Below, piece by piece: positions 33,516 to 44,354 of a DNA stretch of 64,000 nucleotides (within the stretch, counting starts at the first letter, position 1; each line of letters opens with the position of its first letter). The stretch spans positions 864,001-928,000 of the forward strand of contig CAVUKB010000005.1 of NCBI GenBank assembly GCA_963741955.1, given 5' to 3'. The notes below the pieces were generated by a model. It had not been told where the DNA came from, did no database searches, and saw only the letters and a program-made list of their open reading frames with translations. The stretch is from an uncultured Acidobacteriota bacterium. Its GTDB lineage: Bacteria; Acidobacteriota; Thermoanaerobaculia; Gp7-AA8. Made by a program: the position numbers and the translations under genes.

Positions 33516-34865
33516 GTGAGCAAGCGCGCGGTCGTCTACTCCTGCAGTGAATGCGGTGCACAATCGTCGAAATGGCTCGGGCGATGTCCGGAATGCAACG
33601 CCTGGAACTCGTTCGCCGAGGAGAACGTCGCCCCGAAAGAAGCGCGGAACACGCGAAGCTTTTCCTCCGGCGGCGCGCCGGTCGCCATCGACCAGGTGGA
33701 TTTCGACGACGTTCCGCGAATCTCGACCCGGCTCCCGCACTTCGACCGGGTCCTCGGCGGAGGTGTCGTCCCCGGAAGCGTGGTGCTGGTCGGCGGCGAG
33801 CCGGGAATCGGAAAATCGACTCTCCTGCTGCAGATGGCGGAGCGGCTCAGCGGTCCAGGGCCGGTTCTCTACGTCTCGGGGGAAGAGTCGCCGCGGCAGA
33901 TCGCGCTCCGCGCGAAGCGGCTCGGAATCACCACTCCGCGGATCTCCCTCTTTCCGGAGACCTCCGCGGAGCGGATCATCGAAGCGACCGAAAAGCTCCA
34001 ACCGGTCGCGCTCATCGTCGACTCGATCCAGACCATCCACACCAGCGCGAACCAATCCGCGCCTGGATCGGTTGGGCAGGTACGCGATTGCGCCGGCATC
34101 CTGATGACGCTCGCCAAGCGCCTCTCCGTCCCGGTTTTCATGATCGGCCACATCACGAAAGAAGGGACGATCGCGGGGCCGAAGACTCTCGAGCACATCG
34201 TCGACACGGTTCTCTACTTCGAAGGCGACCGCTTTCAGAACGCGCGTATCATTCGCGCGTACAAGAATCGCTTCGGCCCGGTGAACGAGCTCGCGATGTA
34301 CGAGATGCACGACGACGGTCTGGAGGAGATCCCGAATCCCTCCGCAGCGCTCCTCGCGCAACGCTCCTCCGCTCCCGGTTCCGCGGTCGTGGTGACGGTC
34401 GAGGGCACCCGTCCCCTGATGATCGAGGTTCAGGCGCTGGTTTCCCCTTCACGTCTCGCCACACCCCGCCGGATGGCGATCGGCGTCGACGTGAATCGTC
34501 TGACGCTTCTCCTGGCGGTCCTCGAGAAACGAGGCAACTCGAACTTCCAGAACAGCGACGTCTACGCGAACGTCACCGGTGGAATCGAGCTCGATGAGCC
34601 GGCAATCGATCTCGGGATCATCGCCGCACTCCTCTCCAGCGAGAATAACCGCGCGGTCCCACACGATCTCGCCGTCTTCGGAGAGGTCGGACTCCTCGGC
34701 GAGGTCCGGTCGATCTCGCAGAGCGACGCCCGGGCGCGCGAAGCCGCGGCGCTCGGCTTCCGGAAGGTGATCCTCCCGGCCACCAACCAGCAGGAGGTCC
34801 GGGCAGACGTCGACGTGGTCGGCGTCCGTCGCATCGAAGACTTCGCCCAGCGGCTCTTCGAATGA
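33516..34865 (+). CDS. radA: DNA repair protein RadA/Sms
   Basis: CSECG..KWLGRCPECNAW, GEPGIGKST, KNRFG. Confidence 0.96.
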   Translation: MSKRAVVYSCSECGAQSSKWLGRCPECNAWNSFAEENVAPKEARNTRSFSSGGAPVAIDQVDFDDVPRISTRLPHFDRVLGGGVVPGSVVLVGGEPGIGKSTLLLQMAERLSGPGPVLYVSGEESPRQIALRAKRLGITTPRISLFPETSAERIIEATEKLQPVALIVDSIQTIHTSANQSAPGSVGQVRDCAGILMTLAKRLSVPVFMIGHITKEGTIAGPKTLEHIVDTVLYFEGDRFQNARIIRAYKNRFGPVNELAMYEMHDDGLEEIPNPSAALLAQRSSAPGSAVVVTVEGTRPLMIEVQALVSPSRLATPRRMAIGVDVNRLTLLLAVLEKRGNSNFQNSDVYANVTGGIELDEPAIDLGIIAALLSSENNRAVPHDLAVFGEVGLLGEVRSISQSDARAREAAALGFRKVILPATNQQEVRADVDVVGVRRIEDFAQRLFE

Positions 34866-34914
34866 TTCCCTCGAGGAGAAAAATGCCCGATTCCGGTTAC
34901 AATGACGTCGGAAA

Positions 34915-35676
34915 ATGATCGGTCCTCGCACTCTCGCACTCCTCCTCTCGGCGGCCGTGCTCTCTTCCACCGGCTGCGTATCGCTCTCTCCCTCCTCTCA
35001 CCACGGGACGACCGATGTCGCCTCCCGGTCGGCCCGGACGGTAGCGGACGACGCGGACCAGGACGACCTCTCGCTCCTCATCTCCTCGATCCGGCACGAC
35101 CTGGGACGCTCGAAAGCGCGGGAGCGCGAACGGATGATCGAGCAGAAGCCCCGGGCGATCGCCGCCACCAGACCGGATCCATCCACCATCTCGCTCCGGA
35201 CTGCACTTCGGGCCCACACGCAGATCATGCGGATGCCGGTGGTCGGAGTGCGGGGGAACGATCTCGAGGACAACTTCGGCGCTCCGCGCGACGGAGGCCG
35301 GCGGAGACATCGCGGTCTCGATATCTTCGCGCCACGCGGGACTCCGGTCATCGCGGCGATGGATGGGCTGATCTCGTACATCGGCGTTCAACCGAAAGGT
35401 GGGCGCTGTCTCTGGCTCTCGACCGAAGCCGGGATGTCATTCTTCTACGCCCACCTCGACCAGTGGGCGCCAGGGATCTACGAAGGGATGGAAGTGACCC
35501 GTGGGACGCTGCTCGGTTACGTCGGGAACACGGGCAACGCGATCCACACACCGTCGCACCTCCACTTCACCATCATCGAGAATGACGACGCGATCGATCC
35601 CTATCCGCTGCTCAAAGCTGCCGCACCGGGACGCGTGACGTCGACGCTCGGCGCGAGTGTCGCCGGCGGGCGCTGA
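34915..35676 (+). CDS. M23 family metallopeptidase, probable lipoprotein
   Basis: Lipobox-like STGC; HRGLD, YAHL and HLHF motifs. Confidence 0.9.
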   Translation: MIGPRTLALLLSAAVLSSTGCVSLSPSSHHGTTDVASRSARTVADDADQDDLSLLISSIRHDLGRSKARERERMIEQKPRAIAATRPDPSTISLRTALRAHTQIMRMPVVGVRGNDLEDNFGAPRDGGRRRHRGLDIFAPRGTPVIAAMDGLISYIGVQPKGGRCLWLSTEAGMSFFYAHLDQWAPGIYEGMEVTRGTLLGYVGNTGNAIHTPSHLHFTIIENDDAIDPYPLLKAAAPGRVTSTLGASVAGGR

Positions 35677-35823
35677 CCCGACCGGCCAGGCGTGGCCGAA
35701 CTTTCAAGGACCACGGTCGACCATTCGGACGGACGCTCGAACCATCTCGCAGCCCAACGTGCGAATCCGGGGTCCAGAAGTTTGGCAACCCGCCACTGCC
35801 CGAGCGGCAGTGCCGGATCATGC

Positions 35824-35971
35824 TGTCGATGAAGATGTAAGAGTGACCCACTGCGAAGAAGTAAAAGTGGACCACCTGAGGGGAAGGGGCTCCGCCGGGG
35901 AGAGAGGCACGGGCGACCGTGCTGGGTGATGATTCCTCCGTCCGGAGGCGAGCGGAGCGAGCCGGAGGGCG
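35824..35971 (+). mobile_element. Solo left end of the IS21 element
   Basis: Near-identical to the reverse complement of 46419-46566; begins TGTCGATGAAGATGTAA. Confidence 0.85.
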
Positions 35972-36066
35972 AAGGTGGGCTCTTGGCGAGCCAGTCAATC
36001 GGCGGGCGGTGTGGATCGAAGAATCTGCGAAATCTATACTCTGTTCTCGGGTATGAGGAGGCTTGG

Positions 36067-36273
36067 ATGAGACAGATCATCATCACTCGCGGAGAGGACG
36101 GAAAGTGGGTCGCGGAGTGTCCGAGCCTTCCGGGATGCATCACGGAAGGAGACGGCAAAGAGGCGGCGATCGCCAACGCTCGCGGCGGGATCGATCAGTA
36201 TATTGCCGCCTTGGAGGAGGATCATCTCTCGGTACCTCCGGAGAATTTTGACACTCTGGTGGTCGCAGTTTGA
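36067..36273 (+). CDS. hicB: HicB antitoxin
   Basis: EDGKWVAECPSLPGCITEG..KEAAIAN; RBS GAGGAGG. Confidence 0.88.
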   Translation: MRQIIITRGEDGKWVAECPSLPGCITEGDGKEAAIANARGGIDQYIAALEEDHLSVPPENFDTLVVAV

Positions 36274-36490
36274 CCAAATTGCCCCGCGTTTCAGGGAGTC
36301 AGTGCATCGCCGCACTCAGCCGCGCGGGTTTTCGTATCCGCCGACAACAGTCGAGTCACGTCATTCTCCGGCGCGACCATCCATTCGCGCAACTCGTAGT
36401 GCCCGATCACAAGGAGCTCGATAGAGAACGCTCAGGGCCATCTTGCGCCAGGCCGGAGTCTCGATCGAACAGTTCGTGAAATTGCCTTGA
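36270..36490 (+). CDS. hicA: HicA toxin (single-base frameshift at about 36427)
   Basis: LP.VSG..IAALSRAGF..RQQSSHV...VVPDHKELD; adding one G restores RGTLRAILRQAGVSIEQF*. Confidence 0.82.
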
Positions 36491-37131
36491 GGGGAACGGA
36501 CACCGCTCCCTGACCGGGCACCAGCTCTCCCCGAACACTAGCAGCGAGAGGTCGATCCCGCGCGAGGCGAGAACCGAGCGCGTCGCCGAGTCGAGCTGCG
36601 GCGTCCGCTCCTGCCCGGAGCGGAAGTCGGCGGGGGTCAGGTTTTCTGTTGACTGGCTGGTTGATCGGAGTCAGGCCTTCGCTCTTCGGTCGATGCGTCC
36701 AAGTTGCTGCACGAAGACGACTTTTCCGCGAATTGAATCGGCTCGTTGCCGCGCCGGGCGACGTGGAACACGGCACCGCGAGTCTCGAGTCGAAGTGGTC
36801 GTACCAGGCGATCGAGAGTCCCTCGGCTCTCGCGCCCAGGGTTCTACTCCTTGTAGAATCGGTTCGGAGCAACGCGCCCCCTCTCGAGGGCCCGGACGAC
36901 CACTGCGGAGGGGCATCGAGTACAATCCGCGCCGAGAGACAGCGCAACCGAAGTGCTGCTTCGACAGTGGCTTAGGACGAAGAACCGACAGGCGAAGGCC
37001 TGGCCCCCATATTCGGAACTGAGACTCCACGAGCATGGACCACCGGCACGAACAAGAGCGGCACGACGAAGACCCGCAGGGCACAGCTCACGCGCCAGAT
37101 CCTCCCTTTCGCTTCGTCTCACCTCGCGCCG

Positions 37132-37911
37132 TCAAAGCATCCCTTCCACCGGCTCGGCCACCGCGTCGAAGATCTCAGCCGGGATGCGCGCCGCAGCGAG
37201 ATCGACGTCCGGGCGGCGGCTCCAAAGACGCTCGAAGAGGCGGATGCTTCCGATCTGGGTATGATCACAGACGGCGTCAGGGAAACGACCGAGCCCTTCG
37301 CTTCTAATTCTCTTTTTCCACCTCTCGGAGCGTCCAAGGATGGACTCTTTGAACTTTTCCTCATCATGATTCAATAGGCATGAATAGTACCGAGCCGTCT
37401 CCGGATTGACCGTAGGTGGCGGCGACCCGACCCACTCGCTCACCAGATCCACATTCCCCGACGCAAGTTCCGCTGTGACGAGACCCATCCAGTGAAGGTC
37501 GTTTCGCCCCGTGCGCGCCTCGGGAAACGCTCTCTCGTATATGTTCGCAAGTTTCGCGAGTGTCCGTTCATCGTTCGCCGCCAGCGCAAGCAGGAAAGGC
37601 TGCGATGCGATCCGGTCGATCAGCTCCCGATCAATCTCCTCTCCCGCCACGTACCGCTCCAGCAGATACGCCCACGCCCCCGCCGCCGCACCAAAATGCC
37701 CAAGGGCTTTGGCGTAATTCCCGAGCGCAACCTGGGTCAGGCCCAGATACTCGTGTCGCCTGCTCAGACTGGTGAACTCGTATCCGCGATCTATCCGGCC
37801 AGCGCTGATTTTCCGTATCGCGCTGGCAACCGCTCGAGTGTAAGAATCCTCCCAGCGGACGATGTCCTCCACCGTGAATGAAGGCGCTGCCTTCTTCATC
37901 GCATCCGCCAT
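37132..37911 (-). CDS. Putative immunity protein (all-helical, Imm49/PoNi-like)
   Basis: 259 aa, overlaps the stop of the upstream toxin tip. Confidence 0.6.
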   Translation of the reverse strand: MADAMKKAAPSFTVEDIVRWEDSYTRAVASAIRKISAGRIDRGYEFTSLSRRHEYLGLTQVALGNYAKALGHFGAAAGAWAYLLERYVAGEEIDRELIDRIASQPFLLALAANDERTLAKLANIYERAFPEARTGRNDLHWMGLVTAELASGNVDLVSEWVGSPPPTVNPETARYYSCLLNHDEEKFKESILGRSERWKKRIRSEGLGRFPDAVCDHTQIGSIRLFERLWSRRPDVDLAAARIPAEIFDAVAEPVEGML

Positions 37912-38618
37912 AGCAATGCTTGTCCTTCTCCGTTCAGAACGTTAATGTATCGGCGTGCGTACCCCTGATTCTCAAGAAGCTCGAACGCGAGACGCGCCGA
38001 GGGTATGGCACTGCCAGACAGCCGATCCTGCACCTCACGAATCCACCCCGGGCTCATCTGCCGCAGGAACGCGGTCTTCTCATCGATCTCGACCTTGATC
38101 CCGGGTCCCAGAAGCGATTCAGGATTGGCTTCCATGGAGAAGGTTCGCCGCCATTTGGATTCGAGGACCGAGATCTCGCCGGTCGCCTCCCCGCTGGCAA
38201 GCGCCGCGAGATAGCCGGATCGAGAAGTGTATCCCTTCTTCACCATCTCCGCATAGTTGTAGTACAAGGAGTCGATACCGTGGATGCTCGTGTACTTCCC
38301 CGCCCCGGCTTTGAGTAGTCCTTCTTCCATCGCCTCGATCCGTCCCGAGAGCTCCGCCATTCGTTCGTAGCGGCCACCCTTGAATACTCCATTCCGCGTC
38401 CGGCTGACAATCCGCGCTTCGGAGTCGTTCATGATCGCTTCGAGCCGTGTCCGGTACCGCTCCGCCCGGCGTGCGCTAGTGAGGTAGTGCTCCGTCCGCT
38501 CCGCGCCTTCCACCACCTCCGTCGCATGCGCAGCCTCCCGGAGGACGCGCGAGCCAGCGAGCGGCAAGAGGGTGCATGAAGCGGCACGACCCTGCTCCCA
38601 CAGGGCCGTCGGGGTCAC
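37896..38618 (-). pseudogene. Orphan toxin C-terminus, PD-(D/E)xK nuclease (PoNe-like)
   Basis: HGIDSLY...VLESKW...RQMSPGWI motif; no RHS core or good start. Confidence 0.6.
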
Positions 38619-38826
38619 ACCTAAAAAGGAAAATTTCGTGAGGAAAAATTCGTGAGGAGAGACGGCGGTCGGCAGAGGTCAAACTGCGGCGCAAGACGAC
38701 TCCGGAAGGTACGGATCTCGCGCGAGAACGGCCCCGTCGGCCCGAGGAGTCCTCGGACAGTTCAGCGTCCGCATCCTAACAACCGCTCGGGCAGCATGTG
38801 CGAAGTTGCCGGGCGAAGTCCCGCCC

Positions 38827-39249
38827 TCAGATGCCGAGGATCTTGAGCAGCTTCGCCGTGGGGTAGACCTCGAGCGGCAGCGCGACGAAGTCGTTGTCGT
38901 TGGACCAGATCGGTACTCCGAGAGCCAGCGCGAGAGCCGCGAGCGCCACGTCGTCGGGATCCCGATGCGCGAGGTACCGCTCCGCCTCTTCCAGGCGAGA
39001 CGAGTAGTCTCGCTCGCCGTAGCGTTCCACAGGCAAATTCTCGAGCTCTTCCCGCATCTGCTCGACATCCAGCCCATACCGCGCGGCGAACTCCGGAATG
39101 TACTCCTCGATCTCGGCGATCACCGAATCGGTGGTGACTACGATCAGCTCCGGTGCCTTCTCGAACACGCGCGCGGCAGCACGATACGCAAGCGCGGCCA
39201 GCAAGACGTTGCTATCGGCGGCGACGCTTTTTAAATGCTGCGAAGTCAC
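38827..39249 (-). CDS. PIN-domain (VapC-like) toxin
   Basis: VAADSNVLL...E...RDPDDVALAALAL...IWSNDNDF. Confidence 0.88.
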   Translation of the reverse strand: MTSQHLKSVAADSNVLLAALAYRAAARVFEKAPELIVVTTDSVIAEIEEYIPEFAARYGLDVEQMREELENLPVERYGERDYSSRLEEAERYLAHRDPDDVALAALALALGVPIWSNDNDFVALPLEVYPTAKLLKILGI

Positions 39250-39475
39250 GGTCGATCTCCTCGTCGCTCACCCCGCGCGCGTTGAGTTGTTCCCCGATCT
39301 CTTTCGCCATGTCGAGAAACAGTTTCCGGCGGATCTCGATCGGGATCTTCCGGGGATCGTTCAGCGGAAAAAGGATCGCCGCCTGTTTGCCGTGACGGGT
39401 GACGAGCACCGGCTCGTCTCCCTCGATCAGTTCGGCCATGTGACTGCGAAACTCTCTGATGGATGTGGTCTTCAT
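39212..39475 (-). CDS. Phd/YefM antitoxin
   Basis: MKTTSIREFRSH...EPVLVTRHGK; palindrome TGTGTACACA upstream. Confidence 0.88.
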   Translation of the reverse strand: MKTTSIREFRSHMAELIEGDEPVLVTRHGKQAAILFPLNDPRKIPIEIRRKLFLDMAKEIGEQLNARGVSDEEIDRDFAAFKKRRRR

Positions 39476-39722
39476 GGTGGTGCGCTCCCGAGGCATTCTC
39501 GCACGTGTTCAACACTTGTGTACACATTTTGATGCCCATCCGGCTCTGGTCGCCAGTCCGCCCTTTCCATGGTGGAGGGAGTTGAACCCGTGGCGCCGGA
39601 GGACTCCGGACGGACGGAACCGCCCCGTCGCAGCCTCCGTCCCTCCAGAGGAGGTCCTCAGCGGAGTTCAGCGTTCACTCGTCGACGAGCGCTCGGGCAG
39701 CACGTGCGGAGTTGGCGCACCG

Positions 39723-40523
39723 ATGATATCGTGCGCCCTCTCCCGCCGCACAAATCCCGCCTGGCGGTTTCCGTTTCCTCACGTGATCGAATCCGCGTTT
39801 CTCTTCGGGATGCTTCTCGCATTCGCCGTTCCGCGTGACGGGGAGCACAGCTCGATCTCTGCGATGATCGCGGAGAATCGATTTCTGCGCGCGCAGCTCG
39901 CGATGTTCGTGAGCCGCGGCGAGAAGCCGCGGTGCCCCAACCCGCACGAGCGGATCGAGCTCGCGTTCTGGTCGATGATGTTCGATTGGCGTGATTCGCT
40001 TCTCGTCGTCACGCCCGTGACGCTGATCCGCTGGCAGCCCAAGCTCGTCCGCCTCGACTGGGCGTGGATCTCGAAGGTCTGGTGCCGGGCCAGGCCCGGT
40101 GGAAGACGGCCACTCGAGGGGAGGCTTCAGGATCTCATCGCCCGTCTCGCCAGCGAGAATCCACTCTGGTCGCCCAGACGCATCGCGAACGAGCTGAAGG
40201 AGAAGTTCGGGATCGTCCTCTCCCCGACGACCGTCCGCAAATACCTTCGCGCGCTCCGCGGGCCGGACGATGACGGCGGGAGCCGTGCGCGTCGCGGCCA
40301 ACGCTGGACCACGTTCGTCCGCAATCACCTCGGCCAGACGCTCGCCTGTGATTTCATGACCACCACCACGCTCATGTTCAAGAAGCTCTACGTCTTCGTC
40401 CTGATGGATCTCGGCTCGCGCAGAATCGTCCGTCTCGCGGTCACCGAACATCCGACTGCGGCGTGGACCATCCAGCAGCTGCGCGACGCGATCCCGTCCT
40501 ATTCCTTTCCCCAACCCGGATGA
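39723..40523 (+). pseudogene. Integrase-core (rve, IS3/IS481-like) transposase, 3'-truncated
   Basis: TLIRW..ENPLWSPRRIANEL..TVRKYL..WTTFVRNH..ACDF..HPTAAWTIQQLRDA; stops before the second D and the E. Confidence 0.8.
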
Positions 40524-40684
40524 AAACCCCTTCTGAGGCCGGAGCCCCCGACCGATGGCCGAATCCCGTCGGTCGACACCTTCGACGCGGGTCCGAAGGA
40601 CCGGTAGAATCTTTTTCCTTTTTAGGTCTGACCCTCGAGTGGCCCTTTTCGACAAAGGACACTCTTCACTCTGCAAAGTTCGAA

Positions 40685-41116
40685 TCAACTCGTGGGAGGT
40701 AACGAGAATTGAAGTCTGCGCACACGGCTTATCGATTCAGCAATGTCGTTTTCGACTTTCCCACTTAGGCTCGACTGTATTTCTTCGAGAATTCGTATCA
40801 GATCAACAACTAGAATGCGTTGCCGTTCAATCTCGTCTGCCCTGTCGAACTGCCGCCGATCCACTTGGATGTAGCCTTCGATATGTTTCTCTTTTTTCGA
40901 GTAACGGCCAACTTTCGTTCCTCGTACTGAATTTGGCAGCTTCTCACAGTCATACTGAAATTGAACAAACACCTTCTGAAGCTCGCCTCGTACCCCAAAA
41001 TCGGCGTGGGCTGCTCCGATACTTTCATTCAGCTGATCAAATTGATCCTCAAACTCACTTGCCGATTCAGCGGAAGTCATCCAATTGGTCATCGAGTTGA
41101 GTGTTAGGAATGTCAC
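40685..41116 (-). CDS. Putative immunity protein (Imm12/Imm44-like)
   Basis: 143 aa, GTGA overlap with the toxin stop, lower GC. Confidence 0.65.
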   Translation of the reverse strand: MTFLTLNSMTNWMTSAESASEFEDQFDQLNESIGAAHADFGVRGELQKVFVQFQYDCEKLPNSVRGTKVGRYSKKEKHIEGYIQVDRRQFDRADEIERQRILVVDLIRILEEIQSSLSGKVENDIAESISRVRRLQFSLPPTS

Positions 41117-42500
41117 GGGCTCAAGCCTTTCTGCTGTTGGATCCTAATGTACTGCCTCTGAGCTTCCTCGAGCCCAAGAGGGAGCGTCGAGTGCAATTCT
41201 CGTTCAAGCCGAAGCATCTCGGAACGTGCCCCCTCCGCGATTATTCGCAGTTTGCCACCACCAAGCTCTGCAGCCGAATACCTCGTAGCGGGGTCGTAGG
41301 TGATTCCGAATTTCAGATGTTGGCGGACACCGTTAACCTTGGGGCCAACCTTTTGGTAGAGGTATGTCGTTCTTCTGTTCCACGGGAGACGGTCGAATGA
41401 GGCGTCGATCCTGCCAGTTACGCCGTCTACCCTTTGCAGAATGTTTGTTCGCATTCTGCTCAGCACCGTGGCGCGATGGGGAGACGGCACCGAGCCGCTT
41501 CTACCTTTCTGATACCAACGACCACTCTTGTAGTACGGGGCATCAAAGAAATGTCGCCCCGCTGCACCGACCCCTTCTCCGATGCCGCGCCCGATCGCCG
41601 CAGAACCATAAGCCTGAAGGGCACTTTGGTCGTACACCTCCATGTTGACCGTGCCCGTAATACCGACGTCGATCGCGGAGCGGACCAGTGGATTGTCGAG
41701 CTTCTCGATGTACTTCAAATCTTCGAGATGCTTCAGCTGTTTGAGATGGCCCAACCCTCCGACTGCAGCATTGATTGCAAAGTTGGAGACGATGGATCTC
41801 GTCCAGTCGAACTCTTCGCCTTCCGGAGCGAACACCCTGTGGAAGGCGTAATCGACCCCGACGTCGATTGCGGTGTTGACTCCAACCCACCCCAGGTAGG
41901 CCAGAACTGGAACGATCTCGCCTGACGGATCGCTGTTGTTGACCGGGTCATTCTTCGCAAATGCGTAGAGGTTGGACGAGTCGACGTACCCCATGGGATC
42001 CGGGGTCGCGAACGTAGCCGTGGACGGGTCGTACCATCTCGCGCGGAAGTAGACCAAACCAGTGGCCGGCTCGACGAATGGTGCAGCCTTGAGCCCGGTC
42101 AACAGTTTCGTCTTGCTGTCGGGGCTGGCGGCGAGGTAGAGATCAGGGATGGTGTAAAGCGTTTTCTGATTCGTCTGCCCGGACGATGTGTTCTCAATGA
42201 GCGTCGAGAGAGTCGCGAGCGACTCGCTCCAGGCGACCGGGGTCGCCGTCGAGGATTGTACACCGTAGAGCTTCGTCGCCCAGGCCGGGGCGGGCTGGAC
42301 CGGGGTCGTGCCCCAGGCCGGAGAACGGAGGCCCGAGCGGACCTCGAGACGAATCTCGGTCGCCTCCGAGGCAAGATCCGCCCACTGAGTCGCATCCAGC
42401 TCGACGAGGACCACGTTCGCGACCTCGGCTTTCGCCACGAGCGGATAATCCGACTCGATCGGCGTTCCGTCGACGTTCTTCCCCGTTCTGACCGTTCGCG
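41113..42500 (-). pseudogene. Orphan RHS core fragment plus URI2/GIY-YIG-like nuclease toxin
   Basis: RARWYDP..TPDPMG..NLYAF..DPVNNSDPSG; tip TYLYQK..LKFGIT..RY...LERELH. Confidence 0.8.
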
Positions 42501-42708
42501 AAGTGGGAGCAGCGGCGGGGCGGGAGCTTCCGGGCAGTGGAGTTGGTCGAGGCGGGATCGGGAGCATCTGATGAGATCCGGGCGTCATCCGCGATCGTGA
42601 TCACGCCTTCCGGGATTCGAGTCGAGGGGCTGACCCTCGACGGACTGGTAGAGCTGCTGCGGTGTCAATGAAGAACGAAAAGTTGACCACCCTGAAGAGT
42701 GAAAAGTT

Positions 42709-44292
42709 GGTTCTCCTAACAGGTGTGTAGGTGCGGAATGATTGTCGGAGGCATGCAGGAACGGCGACGCGGCTGTTTTCGAGGAGCAAGTCGGTGTTCG
42801 CCGAAGCGTTCGGAAAGCGAAGTTGTGGAAACCGCGGAAAACGCCGCCACCCGGCCGCCGCGTTTTCCGCCGTTCCCACAACTTGCCCCGCCGTCGCGGA
42901 AGGATCTGAAGGAGCCCCGAAAGTCGCTGCTCGTGGAGAGGTGAAGATCGAAGCAGCGATAGCAGGTTGGAATCGGCGAACCGTGCTGCCCATTTCCCGT
43001 AGTCTGTAGTCGATGAAACCAAGACACGGGGAGGACAGGCACGGTGCGCCTGACGACATTGTTCCGGAAGTTGCTCAACATGGCAAACGTAACGGTTCGC
43101 GGGGTTCGGTTCGAAGCTCGGAGTCTCTATCTCGACGTGAGTCCAACGTGGAGACGTCCGCGGTGCGGAGGGTGCGGACGGGTTGCTCCCGAGCTTCACG
43201 GAACGGTGATGAAGCATCGCGAATGGCGTCATCTCGGCCTCTGGGGATGCCGGGTGATGCTGCGGGCGGATCTGCCGCGGGTGCGTTGCCGCCGCTGCGG
43301 GGTGCGAACGGCCGCGGTTCCGTGGGCACGGCCTGGTTCGATGTTCACCCGCGCGTTCGAAGACGAGCTTGCCTGGTTTCTGCAGCGATCCAATCAAACC
43401 GCGGTCTCGGCGTACTTCAAGGTCAGCTGGCTCACGGCCGGACGGATCGCCGCTCGAGTGGTTGCCGAAAAACGCGACCCGAACGCGCTCGAGAATCTGA
43501 CCCGGATCGGCATCGACGAGATCTGCTGGGGGCGGCCGAAGAAGTTCATGACCGTGGTCACGAACCACGAGACCGGGCAGATGATCTGGGCGGCGAAGGG
43601 TAAAAGTGCAGAGGTTCTCGACGGGCTGTTCGATCTGCTCGGCCCCGAGCGCTGCGCGCGAATCCGTCTGGTGAGCATCGACATGAGCGCGGCCTTCGAG
43701 AAAGCTGTTCGCGACCGACTGCCGAACGCCGAGGTCGTTTTCGATCGGTTCCACGTGGTCCAACTCCTCGGGAATGCGATCGATCAGGTGAGGCGGGACG
43801 AGATGCGAAAGGCCACCGGCGAGGAGCGCTCCGCTCTCAAATCCACTCGGTTCGTCCTCCTGAAGAACCCCTGGAACCTGCGTGATGCCGAGGAGGCGAA
43901 ACTCTCGGAGCTCGCGCGGATGAATCACACCCTCTTTCGCAGTTACCTGGTCAAGGAATCCTTTCAGGACATCTATGACTCCTCGTCCGTCCGCCAAGCT
44001 GATCGACGGTTCAAGCGCTGGTATCAGTCCGCGGTTCATAGCCGCATTCAACCCCTCGTTCGCTTCGCGCGAACCGTCGCGGCGAAATGGCCTGGCATCC
44101 GCCGTTACTTCGAGTATCGACTCACGAATGCAGTTGCTGAAGGCTGCAACAACAAGATCCGAATGCTCAGTCACCGCGCTTTCGGCTTTCACACCGCGGA
44201 AGCTCTGATCGCAATGGCGTTCCTCTGTACGTCAGCAATCGCATTCCATCCTCTCGGCCTATGAACTCTGCTACACACCTGTTAGGAGATCC
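42709..44292 (+). mobile_element. ISL3-family element, copy 1 (1584 bp)
   Basis: IRs GG(T/A)TCTCCTAACAGGTGTGTAG; 8-bp target duplication GAAAAGTT. Confidence 0.95.
43044..44264 (+). CDS. ISL3 transposase
   Basis: CGGCG/CRRCG zinc finger, IGIDE, SIDMS, FDRFHV, TNAVAEGCNNKI. Confidence 0.95.
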   Translation: MRLTTLFRKLLNMANVTVRGVRFEARSLYLDVSPTWRRPRCGGCGRVAPELHGTVMKHREWRHLGLWGCRVMLRADLPRVRCRRCGVRTAAVPWARPGSMFTRAFEDELAWFLQRSNQTAVSAYFKVSWLTAGRIAARVVAEKRDPNALENLTRIGIDEICWGRPKKFMTVVTNHETGQMIWAAKGKSAEVLDGLFDLLGPERCARIRLVSIDMSAAFEKAVRDRLPNAEVVFDRFHVVQLLGNAIDQVRRDEMRKATGEERSALKSTRFVLLKNPWNLRDAEEAKLSELARMNHTLFRSYLVKESFQDIYDSSSVRQADRRFKRWYQSAVHSRIQPLVRFARTVAAKWPGIRRYFEYRLTNAVAEGCNNKIRMLSHRAFGFHTAEALIAMAFLCTSAIAFHPLGL

Positions 44293-44354
44293 GAAAAGTT
44301 GACCAGGGGGGTCGGGCGGGGGGTCTTGGACGCAAGTAGGATGACCTCCTTTCT

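Larger units (their letters stand above)
38612..40634. mobile_element. 2.0-kb element bounded by 22-bp terminal inverted repeats, carrying a PIN/Phd TA pair and a truncated transposase
   Basis: GGGTCACACCTAAAAAGGAAAA (38612-38633) versus the reverse complement of 40613-40634, GGGTCAGACCTAAAAAGGAAAA; TCG on both outer sides. Confidence 0.55.

Noticed and set aside
36490-37130. Further gene or cassette between hicA and the immunity gene
   Set aside because: No ORF with a recognisable motif; probably decayed fragments.
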